A stretch of 64,000 nt of DNA from Patescibacteria group bacterium (GTDB taxonomy: Bacteria; Patescibacteriota; Minisyncoccia; Minisyncoccales; Staskawiczbacteraceae). Location of the stretch: the NCBI GenBank assembly GCA_018829965.1, contig JAHJTG010000005.1, positions 148,774-212,773 of the forward strand. The letters run 5' to 3'. How positions within the stretch are numbered: the first letter of the stretch is position 1; each line of letters opens with the position of its first letter. A program made the translations under genes and the position numbers. Below the pieces are notes generated by a model. The model was not told the origin of the DNA and ran no database searches. It worked only from the letters and a program-made list of their open reading frames with translations. Shown piece after piece: positions 8,772-17,013 of this stretch.

Positions 8772-9251
8772 ATGCTAATTATCGGAATCGATCCAGGAAC
8801 GGCAATAACGGGTTTTAGCGTTGTTAAAAAAACCAAAGACAGAAAGTTCACTGCTGTTGAGTATGGCTGTATTTTAACCCAGCCTGGAAAATCTGCTGGA
8901 GAACGATTGAAAAAGATAGCTGATTCCCTTAATAAGCTGATTAAAAAACACAAACCAGATCTAATGGCAATTGAAAATATATATTTCTTTAAAAACTTTA
9001 AAACAGCGATGCCGGTAAGCCAAGCGCGAGGAGTAGCTTTATTAATAGCCGCTCAAAAGAAGATTCCTGTTTGCGAAATAACGCCTTTGCAAATGAAAAT
9101 GGCTATAGTGGGCTATGGTAGGGCTGATAAGAAACAAGTGCAGAAAATGGTTGAAAAAATTCTAGAATTAGAAAAGCCGATAAAGTCAGATGATGCAGCT
9201 GATGCCCTAGGAATCGCTATTTGTGGCGGGCTGAAAACTGTTTTGAAATAG
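8772..9251 (+). CDS. ruvC: Crossover junction endodeoxyribonuclease RuvC
   Basis: IIGIDPGTAITGF, AIENIYFF and DDAADALGIAIC motifs. Confidence 0.9.
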   Translation: MLIIGIDPGTAITGFSVVKKTKDRKFTAVEYGCILTQPGKSAGERLKKIADSLNKLIKKHKPDLMAIENIYFFKNFKTAMPVSQARGVALLIAAQKKIPVCEITPLQMKMAIVGYGRADKKQVQKMVEKILELEKPIKSDDAADALGIAICGGLKTVLK

Positions 9252-9257
9252 CTATGA

Positions 9258-9318
9258 GGGTTTAGGATTTAGAATATAGGACTCTAGGCTCTAGGTTCTA
9301 TCTTCTAATGCCTAACTA
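9258..9318. repeat. Family B heptamer-rich repeat, single arm (TTTAGGATTTAGAAT type)
   Basis: gggtttaggatttagaatataggactctaggctctaggttcta matches the arms of the 26.1, 37.4, 41.9 and 60.6 kb copies. Confidence 0.6.
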
Positions 9319-9333
9319 TCAGTGATGGGCTTG

Positions 9334-9463
9334 CCCCGTTAGAAGTCTACATAATTTAAAATTTTATAATCACAATTCTAAGAATTTATTATAATACTGT
9401 GGCGATGCACGAATTTTTGAATTCGTGCATCGCAAAGTTTTCCACCGCAAACTTCTAACGGGG
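9334..9463. mobile_element. MITE-like element, family C (CCCCGTTAGAAGT termini), flanked by a CTTG duplication
   Basis: CCCCGTTAGAAGT at 9334-9346 and ACTTCTAACGGGG at 9451-9463. CTTG at 9330-9333 and 9464-9467. 130 bp, with an internal perfect hairpin gcgatgcacgaat/attcgtgcatcgc. Confidence 0.7.
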
Positions 9464-9464
9464 C

Positions 9465-9492
9465 TTGACAACGTTCCTTGAAAAAATACAAT
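9465..9492 (+). promoter_or_regulatory. Sigma70-like promoter abutting the family C element end
   Basis: TTGACA (9465-9470), a 16-nt spacer, then TACAAT (9487-9492). It would drive the small acidic ORF. Confidence 0.4.
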
Positions 9493-9574
9493 AATGATAA
9501 TAACAAAAATTTATTAATTAAAACTTATAAAGGTCGAGCTAATTTAAAAATTTAATAAAACTAGTTCAAGAAAA

Positions 9575-9763
9575 ATGGCTGAGGAATTTTTAACTCGCTT
9601 TATCAACCTAGACGAAGAAGATGAAATTGAAATAGACCCTGAAGAACTGAATGATGATTTAAAAGACGACGATGATTTAAAAGATGATGACGACTTGAAA
9701 GACGACGATGCTTTAGAAAAAGATACAGACGACATAGACCCGATAGAACCAGACGACGAATAA
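9575..9763 (+). CDS. Small, highly acidic repeat protein (62 aa); hypothetical
   Basis: DDDDLKDDDDLKDDD repeats. A promoter-like site lies upstream and a hairpin terminator (ccgc-tcaact-ggcgg plus a T-run at ~9779-9803) downstream. No homology recognised. Confidence 0.3.
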   Translation: MAEEFLTRFINLDEEDEIEIDPEELNDDLKDDDDLKDDDDLKDDDALEKDTDDIDPIEPDDE

Positions 9764-9937
9764 ACTTAATTTAAAAACTCCGCTCAACTGGCGGGGTTTT
9801 TAAATTACTCTCTTTCTTTTCTAAGAAATTTGTTATTTAATGAACTAACCCGCCCTGAATAGCAGAGATATCCCCTTCGGGGCAAGTTCTTTTGGCGACG
9901 AGAATTCTCGTCGCCAAAATAGAATAATACTTTTATT

Positions 9938-12121
9938 ATGAATTTTTTAAAACTTCTAAAAACTAAACTCCGCCTAAAGGTTTGTCCAAAAACTCGCAAA
10001 AAAATAAAGCACATTGCTTTCTCTACTGCCAAATACGCTTTTTTTCTTTTTGTATTGTCGGTTCTTTTTGTTTTAGTTTTATTTATCTATTACAGCCGAG
10101 ACTTACCAAGACCAGAAAATTTTACCGAAAAACCTTTTATCCAATCAACCAAAATATATGACAAAACTGGGAAGATTCTTCTATACGATATCTATGGAGA
10201 AGAAAGAAGAGAAATTGTTTCCTTAACACAGATATCAGAAAACTTCAAAAAGGCTATTCTAGCCTCTGAAGATTCTAGATTTTATCAGCATCATGGAGTC
10301 GATCTTATAGGAATAGCTAGGGCAATTTTAATTGATTTAAAATTAAAGAGTCCTAGCCAAGGAGCATCCACCATTACCCAGCAACTTATCAGGTCTTCTT
10401 TCCTGACTATGAAGAAAACCGCTGAAAGAAAAATCCAAGAAATTATTTTAGCGCTAGAATTAGAGCGCAAATATTCAAAAGATCAGATCTTGGAATGGTA
10501 TTTGAACCAAATCCCCTTTGGAGATAATTCTTATGGAATAGAAGCTGCTAGCCAGACGTTCTTTAAAAAAGCCAGCTCTGATTTATCCATCCCAGAGTCA
10601 GCTACTTTAGCGGCTATGGTCTCTGCCCCAAGTTATTATTCGCCATACGGTCCAAATAGACAAAAGTTATTGCTAAGAAAAGACTATATCTTAAATAGAA
10701 TGGCAGCACTAGATTATATCACTCAAGAACAATTAAAAACTGCTTTAAGCGAAGAAATAGTTTTTGCAGATGCCTCAAAAGCCATAAAAGCTCCTCATTT
10801 TGTATTTTATGTAAAAAGCTATCTAACAAAAGAATATGGGGAAGATTATTTAAGAGAAAAGGGGCTAAAGGTTTACACTAGTTTAGACTGGGATGTACAA
10901 AAAAATATGGAAGATGTTGTCACGGAAAAAACAAAATCCAATGAAGGGTTCAACGCAAATAACACTGCTGCCGTAACTTTAAATCCTAAAACTGGTGAAA
11001 TATTAGGATTAATTGGTTCTAAAAACTATTTCGGGGAAGCATACCCAGAAGGGTGCGAGTCCAACCAAGGAAAATGTCTTTTTGACCCTTATTTTGATGT
11101 AGCCACTCTCGGAGAAAGACAACCTGGATCATCTTTTAAACCATTTGTTTACGCAACTGCATTCAAAAAGGGGTATTTACCGTCTACAATCCTATGGGAC
11201 GTTCCGACAGAATTTAATCCTAGCTGCAACCCTGACGGAACGCAAGAAAAAAATTCAAATGGAATGGATTGCTACCACCCTCATAACTATGACGAAGCCT
11301 TCAGGGGAAAAGTTACTATCCGCCAATCTCTAGCCCAGTCTCTTAATCTGCCATCTGTTAAACTTTTATACCTCGCTGGCATAGAAGACAGCCTTAAAAC
11401 AGCCTGGGACTTAGGATTAACAACTTTGACAGATAAAAATCGCTACGGCCTTTCTTTAGTTCTCGGTGGCGGAGAAGTAAATTTACTAGAAATGACATCT
11501 GCGTATGGCGCATTCGCTACTGAAGGATTAATAATCCCGCCTGTCAGTATTTTAAAAATAGAGGACGCTGATGGGAATATAATAAAAGAGAATAAAAAAG
11601 AACCAAAAAGAGTTTTAAGTGTCCAAGTAGCCCGATTAATAAACGATGTTTTGTCCGATAATGACGCCCGAGTCCCTGCTTTTTCCCGAGAAAATCCTCT
11701 TTATTTTAAAAATTACCAAGTAGCTGCTAAAACAGGCACAACTTCAAATTACGTTGACGTTTGGACAGTAGGATATACCCCTTTCGCAGTGGTCGGCGTT
11801 TGGGCAGGGAATAATGATAGTTCTCCTATTAATAAGAAAAGCGGGATAGGCTTAGCCGCTCCTATTTGGCGAATGATTATGGAAAAACTATTAACCACTA
11901 ACCCAATAGAAAACTTCTCAAAACCTGATACGATTATACAAAATAAGCCAGTTTTGAATGGAGAATCTCCAGAAAGAGATATTCATGAAATCCTATATTA
12001 TATTGATAAAAACAATCCATTGGGAAGCGCTCCCACAAACCCTGCTGACGATTCTCAATATGTAATGTGGGAAGAGAGCCTTAAAAATTGGCTATCTAAA
12101 AACCTTATACCGCAACTTTAA
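9938..12121 (+). CDS. Class A penicillin-binding protein (transglycosylase + transpeptidase), PBP1A type
   Basis: GT51 motifs EDSRFYQHHG and GASTITQQL. Transpeptidase motifs SSFKP (SxxK) and KTGT. N-terminal TM anchor. Confidence 0.9.
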   Translation: MNFLKLLKTKLRLKVCPKTRKKIKHIAFSTAKYAFFLFVLSVLFVLVLFIYYSRDLPRPENFTEKPFIQSTKIYDKTGKILLYDIYGEERREIVSLTQISENFKKAILASEDSRFYQHHGVDLIGIARAILIDLKLKSPSQGASTITQQLIRSSFLTMKKTAERKIQEIILALELERKYSKDQILEWYLNQIPFGDNSYGIEAASQTFFKKASSDLSIPESATLAAMVSAPSYYSPYGPNRQKLLLRKDYILNRMAALDYITQEQLKTALSEEIVFADASKAIKAPHFVFYVKSYLTKEYGEDYLREKGLKVYTSLDWDVQKNMEDVVTEKTKSNEGFNANNTAAVTLNPKTGEILGLIGSKNYFGEAYPEGCESNQGKCLFDPYFDVATLGERQPGSSFKPFVYATAFKKGYLPSTILWDVPTEFNPSCNPDGTQEKNSNGMDCYHPHNYDEAFRGKVTIRQSLAQSLNLPSVKLLYLAGIEDSLKTAWDLGLTTLTDKNRYGLSLVLGGGEVNLLEMTSAYGAFATEGLIIPPVSILKIEDADGNIIKENKKEPKRVLSVQVARLINDVLSDNDARVPAFSRENPLYFKNYQVAAKTGTTSNYVDVWTVGYTPFAVVGVWAGNNDSSPINKKSGIGLAAPIWRMIMEKLLTTNPIENFSKPDTIIQNKPVLNGESPERDIHEILYYIDKNNPLGSAPTNPADDSQYVMWEESLKNWLSKNLIPQL

Positions 12122-12140
12122 TAGATTATTCTTTTTAAAA

Positions 12141-12176
12141 AACAACCCTGCTGTAAGATATAGGGTTGTTTTTTGT
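12141..12176. terminator. Bidirectional rho-independent terminator between the PBP gene and dnaN
   Basis: aacaaccct...agggttgtt stem, flanked by an A-run and a T-run. Confidence 0.6.
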
Positions 12177-12192
12177 ATTCCTTATTTCCGAA

Positions 12193-13317
12193 TTATACTG
12201 ATTTTATAGGCATAACCACATAAAGATAACTAATATCTCCTACTGGTTTTAAAATACAAGGGCCGCCTTCTCCACTCAAACTTAACATGATTTCCGCGCT
12301 TTTAATATTTAAAATGCCGTCTGTCAAAAACTTATGATTAAAAGAAACCTCCATCGGCTCTCCATCTATTTTCGCCAATAAGGTTGATGTACTTTCGCCA
12401 ATATCTGGGTTTTTTGCTAAAATCTCCAGGGATTTTTTAGCGGGATTAATAATAAATTTTATTTCGTTAATCTTTCCGCTAAAAAGAGCTGCTGTTTTAA
12501 TATGGTTTAAGAAATCGTCCTTTTTAACTGTAATATTTGTTTTAAATTTAGAGGGGATAATCTCCTGATAATTAGGGTATTCTCCTTCTATTAAACGAGA
12601 AAAAACTTGAATTTGTGGATGTTTGACTCCTTCCATAGGAAGCTCAAATAAGGTTTGATTGGTCGCAAAACAAATTTTTAAAACACCCTCTTTGTCTCCT
12701 AGGGCATTAATTATTTCTTTTGCTGACTTTTGCGGGAGTATGAAAGAATAATCTTTTTTGTCTTTATTTTCTATAGCGATTGTTTTTTCAGCTAACCTGA
12801 AACTATCAGTGGCCACTATTTTTAAAGAGTCTTTAGAAAACAACAAATAAACACCTGAGATTTCCGGCCTCGCCTGTGAAAGAGAAGCGATGTCAACAAT
12901 TTGCCCTAATCCCATACAAAACCTTTTATTATCAACCACCAAAGATTCTTGGTTTTTAATTTCTGGTATTAAAGGAAAATCCTCCGGATTAAATCCTTGT
13001 AGTTGAGTTTTATAATTTTTACACTCTATAGATAAGTTTTGTTTTTTTTCTTCAATCAATATTTTTTCTTCTGGTAACAAAGAAATAAAACTAGAAAGGA
13101 ACCTTGCGGGGACAACCACTTTTCCTTCTTTTGATATTTTAGCTAAAACCCAATATTTTATGGCGGTTTCTAAATCGGTTGCGGTTAATAATAAAAAATT
13201 ATTTTCAGTGCTTATTAAAACGTTGTCTAAAATAGGAAGGGTTATGTTTTTCCCAATAATTTTTTCAACAATACTCAACCCAGTTTTTAGATTATTTTTT
13301 GAAACTTCTATTTTCAT
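12193..13317 (-). CDS. dnaN: DNA polymerase III beta sliding clamp
   Basis: 374 aa with three-domain clamp layout, immediately downstream of dnaA. Confidence 0.9.
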   Translation of the reverse strand: MKIEVSKNNLKTGLSIVEKIIGKNITLPILDNVLISTENNFLLLTATDLETAIKYWVLAKISKEGKVVVPARFLSSFISLLPEEKILIEEKKQNLSIECKNYKTQLQGFNPEDFPLIPEIKNQESLVVDNKRFCMGLGQIVDIASLSQARPEISGVYLLFSKDSLKIVATDSFRLAEKTIAIENKDKKDYSFILPQKSAKEIINALGDKEGVLKICFATNQTLFELPMEGVKHPQIQVFSRLIEGEYPNYQEIIPSKFKTNITVKKDDFLNHIKTAALFSGKINEIKFIINPAKKSLEILAKNPDIGESTSTLLAKIDGEPMEVSFNHKFLTDGILNIKSAEIMLSLSGEGGPCILKPVGDISYLYVVMPIKSV

Positions 13318-13515
13318 ATTTCACAATAGTTTTAATTATTTATATATATAATTATTGTTATTATTAGTTTTGTGTTTGTTTTATTGGTTTTGTGTTTGTT
13401 TGTGTTTGTTTTTTTTGTGGATTAATTGTGGTTTATATTAATGGGTTTATATGTTTTTTTTCGTTGTTTTTATAAAAATATTTTAATAGGTTTTTATCCA
13501 CAGTTTTTATCCACT
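13318..13515. other. Candidate oriC (dnaA-dnaN spacer with DnaA boxes and an AT/GT-rich repeat tract)
   Basis: TTATCCACA at 13494-13502. TTATCCACT at 13507-13515. TGTGGATTA (complement TAATCCACA) at 13417-13425. gttttgtgtttgttt tandem tract at 13360-13415. The rpmH/dnaA/dnaN synteny supports the call. Confidence 0.6.
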
Positions 13516-14862
13516 ATATATTTTTTGTTTTATTAACCCGATTTCCTCAGTTAGTTTGTTGTTTTCTTCAAACTCTTGATTAATTTTTCGATAAGCATAA
13601 ATCACAGTGGTGTGGTCTTTCCCCCCAAATTTTCTAGCGATAGCCGGGAAAGAATATTTTAATTCTTTTCTTAATAAAAACATTGCAATTTGTCGGGGCC
13701 TTACAATTTCTTTTTTTCTTGTTGTCTCAAAAAGATCTTTTTCTTCTAGGTTATAAAACTTAGCCACGGCCTCAATAATCTTTTTATAATTAGCAACATC
13801 GAAAGGAGAAAAAATATAGCTTTTTAAAAGTTTTTTAACTGTGTCTAAACTAGGAATACTATTATTTATTTTAGAATAAATTAAAAGGCGGTTCAAAGCT
13901 CCTTCTAATTCTCGTATATTTTTTTTGACATTAGCGGCAACATAATCCAGAACGTCTTCGGGGAGTCCTAGGTGCTTTTCTTGCAATTTGTTTTTTAAAA
14001 TAACCAAACGTGTCTCATAGTCGGGGAAGCTGATATCGGCAATCATCCCGCCTTCAAACCGCGACCTTAATCTTTCTTCTAGTTCTGGAATTGCGTTTGG
14101 CGGTCTGTCGGAAGATAAAATAATTTGCTTATTTTTTTCGTATAAAGTATTAAATGCGTGGAAAAATTCCTCTTGAGTTTTATTTTTACCAGCTAAAAAC
14201 TGAACATCATCAACAATTAAAACATCAATTTGGGACAAATTATTTTTAAACACATCTATATTGTGGTTTCTTATAGCATTCACAATGCCAGTGATAAATT
14301 TTTCGGAAGATATGTATTTAATTTTTTTCTTCTTTGAACCCCCAGTAATCTTATTCCCAACCGCTTGCAAGAGGTGGGTTTTACCCAACCCGACTCCTCC
14401 ATAAATAAATAAAGGATTATATGTCAACCCTGGGTTTTCTGATACTGCCCAAGCAGCGGCGTGGGCCAATTCATTGAAAGAACCGATAACAAAATTATCA
14501 AAAGTATAACGAGGATTGAGGTTTGTTTCTTTGTCTATTTTAAATTCTTCAAAATCAAGCTGCTCTATATTAGATTTTTCTCCATTAGAAATTTTTACAG
14601 GGAAGACTTTTGCGCCTTGAGGTTTAATAATATACTCAACTTCTTTAATTTTATCATCTAAATCATGTAGAATTTTTAGAATTAACTTATTATATTTATT
14701 GCTCAACCATTCTTTTGAAAAAGCGTTAGGAACCGAAACAACCACCACTTCGTCTTCTTTTGAGGCAATTTCAGTATTCTGAAGCCATGTAGCAAAATTA
14801 GCCTTAGAAATACCAAGCTGAATTTGGGTTAAAACTGTTTGCCAAAGCTCTTTATTGTCCAT
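13507..14862 (-). CDS. dnaA: Chromosomal replication initiator DnaA
   Basis: GGVGLGKTHLL, LIVDDVQFL and the C-terminal RKFGGKDHTTVIYA DNA-binding motif. Confidence 0.95.
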   Translation of the reverse strand: MDNKELWQTVLTQIQLGISKANFATWLQNTEIASKEDEVVVVSVPNAFSKEWLSNKYNKLILKILHDLDDKIKEVEYIIKPQGAKVFPVKISNGEKSNIEQLDFEEFKIDKETNLNPRYTFDNFVIGSFNELAHAAAWAVSENPGLTYNPLFIYGGVGLGKTHLLQAVGNKITGGSKKKKIKYISSEKFITGIVNAIRNHNIDVFKNNLSQIDVLIVDDVQFLAGKNKTQEEFFHAFNTLYEKNKQIILSSDRPPNAIPELEERLRSRFEGGMIADISFPDYETRLVILKNKLQEKHLGLPEDVLDYVAANVKKNIRELEGALNRLLIYSKINNSIPSLDTVKKLLKSYIFSPFDVANYKKIIEAVAKFYNLEEKDLFETTRKKEIVRPRQIAMFLLRKELKYSFPAIARKFGGKDHTTVIYAYRKINQEFEENNKLTEEIGLIKQKIYSG

Positions 14863-15141
14863 AGGTGGAAAATATTATTAGAATCTTTTGGTAAAAATAA
14901 TTAATAAATTAACGCTATAATTTAGAAGAGAAAAAATAATGCCTTTTTCATTGTAGCAGACAATAAGAGTAGTCGGAAATGAGCGTAAACTTTGCTTAAC
15001 TGTTATTAACTTGGGGATAAGTTGTGCAGGGATATAGGCTAATTTTAATCGTGATTTCTGTCCAAGCTGCGGGACATAATTGACGACGAAGTAATTTCAT
15101 AATATACTAAAATATAATAAAAACAATTAATTTTTATCAAT

Positions 15142-15276
15142 ATGAGTTTTACCTACCAACCCAAAAAGAAAAAAAGGAGAAAGACCCACGGTTTTTTGAA
15201 ACGAAAAAAAACCAAACAAGGCAAAGCAGTTCTTCAAAGGAGAAGAAGGAAAGGAAGAAAAAAATTGACGGTATAA
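15142..15276 (+). CDS. rpmH: 50S ribosomal protein L34 (not in the ORF track; 44 aa)
   Basis: ATG at 15142. [47 protein letters not shown] at 15274-15276. Upstream of rnpA as usual. Confidence 0.9.
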   Translation: MSFTYQPKKKKRRKTHGFLKRKKTKQGKAVLQRRRRKGRKKLTV

Positions 15277-15291
15277 TATACATAAAAATTC

Positions 15292-15633
15292 ATGCTGCCA
15301 CGGCAAAACAGGCTTACTAAAAAAAGAGACTTCGATAGTGTTTTTAAAAACGGTAAAGGAGCTAAAGAAGGCTTTTTATTTTTAAAAACAGTCCCGAACA
15401 AACTTTCCGATAGCCGCTTCGCCTTTATTACGAGCCAAAAGATGTCCAAAAAAGCGACGGTTAGAAACAAAATTAGGCGTCAACTGCGGGAAATAATAAA
15501 AACCAATATAGGTATTATTAAAAAAGGAACGGATTGCGCGATAGTTGTTTTGCCTGGGTTTAATGACGTGTCTTTCTGGGATATAGAAAAAGATATGATG
15601 GGTTTATTAAAAAAAGCAAAGTTAGTTAAATAA
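15292..15633 (+). CDS. rnpA: Ribonuclease P protein component
   Basis: 113 aa, basic. LTKKRDFDSVFKNG...KKATVRNKIRRQLRE. rpmH-rnpA-yidC synteny. Confidence 0.85.
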   Translation: MLPRQNRLTKKRDFDSVFKNGKGAKEGFLFLKTVPNKLSDSRFAFITSQKMSKKATVRNKIRRQLREIIKTNIGIIKKGTDCAIVVLPGFNDVSFWDIEKDMMGLLKKAKLVK

Positions 15634-15645
15634 TTTTAATCAAAA

Positions 15646-16377
15646 ATGATTGAAATACTCGTAAAATCATTCTATTTAGTTTTATATCAACCGTTATTCA
15701 ATTTTTTAGTCTTGCTATATGAATATTTGCCTGGCCATGATTTTGGCTTGGCAATTATTGTTTTAACTTTAATAATTAGATTATTATTATATCCGTCCTC
15801 CGCAAAATCCATAAAGACTCAAAAAGCCCTGAACGAGATACAACCTAAACTCCAGGAAATCCAAAAAAAATATAAAGACGATAAAGAAAAGCAAGTGAAA
15901 GAGACGCTAGACCTTTATAAAAAAGAGAAGATAAATCCATTCGGAGGAATTTTATCCGCCCTTATACAGCTACCAATTTTGATTGCTTTGTACCAAGTGC
16001 TTAGAAAGGGTTTTGACCCAGCAGAATTGTCTGTTTTATATAATTTTGTCTCAAGCCCGGGCCATATCAACGCAATGTTTATAGGATTTATTGATTTATC
16101 AAAACCGAATTTAGTTTTAGCAATACTGGCTGGGGTTGCTCAATTCATCCAAACAAAAATCACACTTCCTATCACAAAAAAAACTAATGATAAAACACAA
16201 GACTTCGCGAAGATTATGCAAAAACAAATGGTATATTTCTTCCCTTTTTTAACGGTTATAATACTTATGGGTCTTCCTTCGGCGCTTGGACTTTATTGGA
16301 TGGTTGGAAGTGTATTTTTAATTATTGAACAATATCTTCTTTTTAACAAAACAAAAACTAATAAAACACCTATTTAA
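15646..16377 (+). CDS. yidC: Membrane protein insertase, short YidC/Oxa1 family
   Basis: Multi-TM protein with PFGGILSALIQLPILIALY and LPSALGLYW motifs. Synteny supports the call. Confidence 0.85.
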   Translation: MIEILVKSFYLVLYQPLFNFLVLLYEYLPGHDFGLAIIVLTLIIRLLLYPSSAKSIKTQKALNEIQPKLQEIQKKYKDDKEKQVKETLDLYKKEKINPFGGILSALIQLPILIALYQVLRKGFDPAELSVLYNFVSSPGHINAMFIGFIDLSKPNLVLAILAGVAQFIQTKITLPITKKTNDKTQDFAKIMQKQMVYFFPFLTVIILMGLPSALGLYWMVGSVFLIIEQYLLFNKTKTNKTPI

Positions 16378-16383
16378 AAAAAC

Positions 16384-16971
16384 ATGTTAAACTCTGATGA
16401 CATTAAAAAAGCGAAAGAAGCAACAGAAGAATTCTTTCAAAAGATGACGATCGGCGCCATTATTGACATTAACGCGGGCAATTTAAATACAGAGGATATT
16501 TTATCTGGACCTGCCCGCATCGACTACGCCGAAGGCGTTGCAGGCGGGGATAGTGAAGTAAAAGAAAATAAACCTGCCCGCAATGCTTCGCATAGCGATG
16601 CAGGCGGGAGCAATGATTCTATAGAGTTGAATATAAAGGTTGATGATCCGCAGATTTTAATTGGAGAAAGAGGGCAAACCTTAAACGAAATACAAAGGCT
16701 TTTGAGGGTGGTTCTTAATAAGAAATTAGATAAAGCGTTTTATTTAAACTTAGATATTAATGAATATAGGAAAAAGAAAACAGAGTACTTGAAAACTATG
16801 GCCAGGGAATTAGCTGATGAAGTAGTTTTAACAAAAGAAGAAAAGGTTCTTTCCCCGATGTCTTCTTATGAGAGAAGAATTATCCATGCGGAGCTAGCAG
16901 GCAGGCCAGATATAATAACAGAGAGTGAAGGAGAAGGGTTGGAAAGAAGAGTGGTGATAAAATTAAAATAG
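16384..16971 (+). CDS. jag: Jag/SpoIIIJ-associated RNA-binding protein (KH + R3H)
   Basis: C-terminal SYERRIIHAELAGRPDIITESEGEG (R3H), downstream of yidC. The linker carries two in-frame GC-rich hairpin repeats. Confidence 0.75.
   Translation: MLNSDDIKKAKEATEEFFQKMTIGAIIDINAGNLNTEDILSGPARIDYAEGVAGGDSEVKENKPARNASHSDAGGSNDSIELNIKVDDPQILIGERGQTLNEIQRLLRVVLNKKLDKAFYLNLDINEYRKKKTEYLKTMARELADEVVLTKEEKVLSPMSSYERRIIHAELAGRPDIITESEGEGLERRVVIKLK
16510..16608. repeat. Two tandem family E GC-rich hairpins in-frame inside jag
   Basis: cctgcccgcatcgactacgccgaaggcgttgcaggcggg (16510-16548) and cctgcccgcaatgcttcgcatagcgatgcaggcggg (16573-16608). The same termini occur at 35.5 kb. Confidence 0.75.
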
Positions 16972-17013
16972 TAAATAAAAAACCGCTCGGACCTAATAAG
17001 GTATGGGCGGTTT

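Noticed and set aside
9334-9463. Family C elements considered as integron attC sites. They have conserved inverted ends containing GTTAGAA/TTCTAAC, variable centres and a length of 130-152 bp.
   Set aside because: The copies are solitary and dispersed. They are not arrayed between promoterless cassettes, and no intI integrase or attI is present. Each copy has a 4-bp flanking duplication, which fits transposition rather than attC recombination. The core also departs from the GTTRRRY consensus.
9805-10032. The 75-aa minus-strand ORF upstream of and overlapping the PBP start.
   Set aside because: It runs through two perfect palindromes (ccccttcgggg; ttttggcgacgagaattctcgtcgccaaaa) and the PBP 5' end. 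This more likely reflects leader or terminator structure than a gene.
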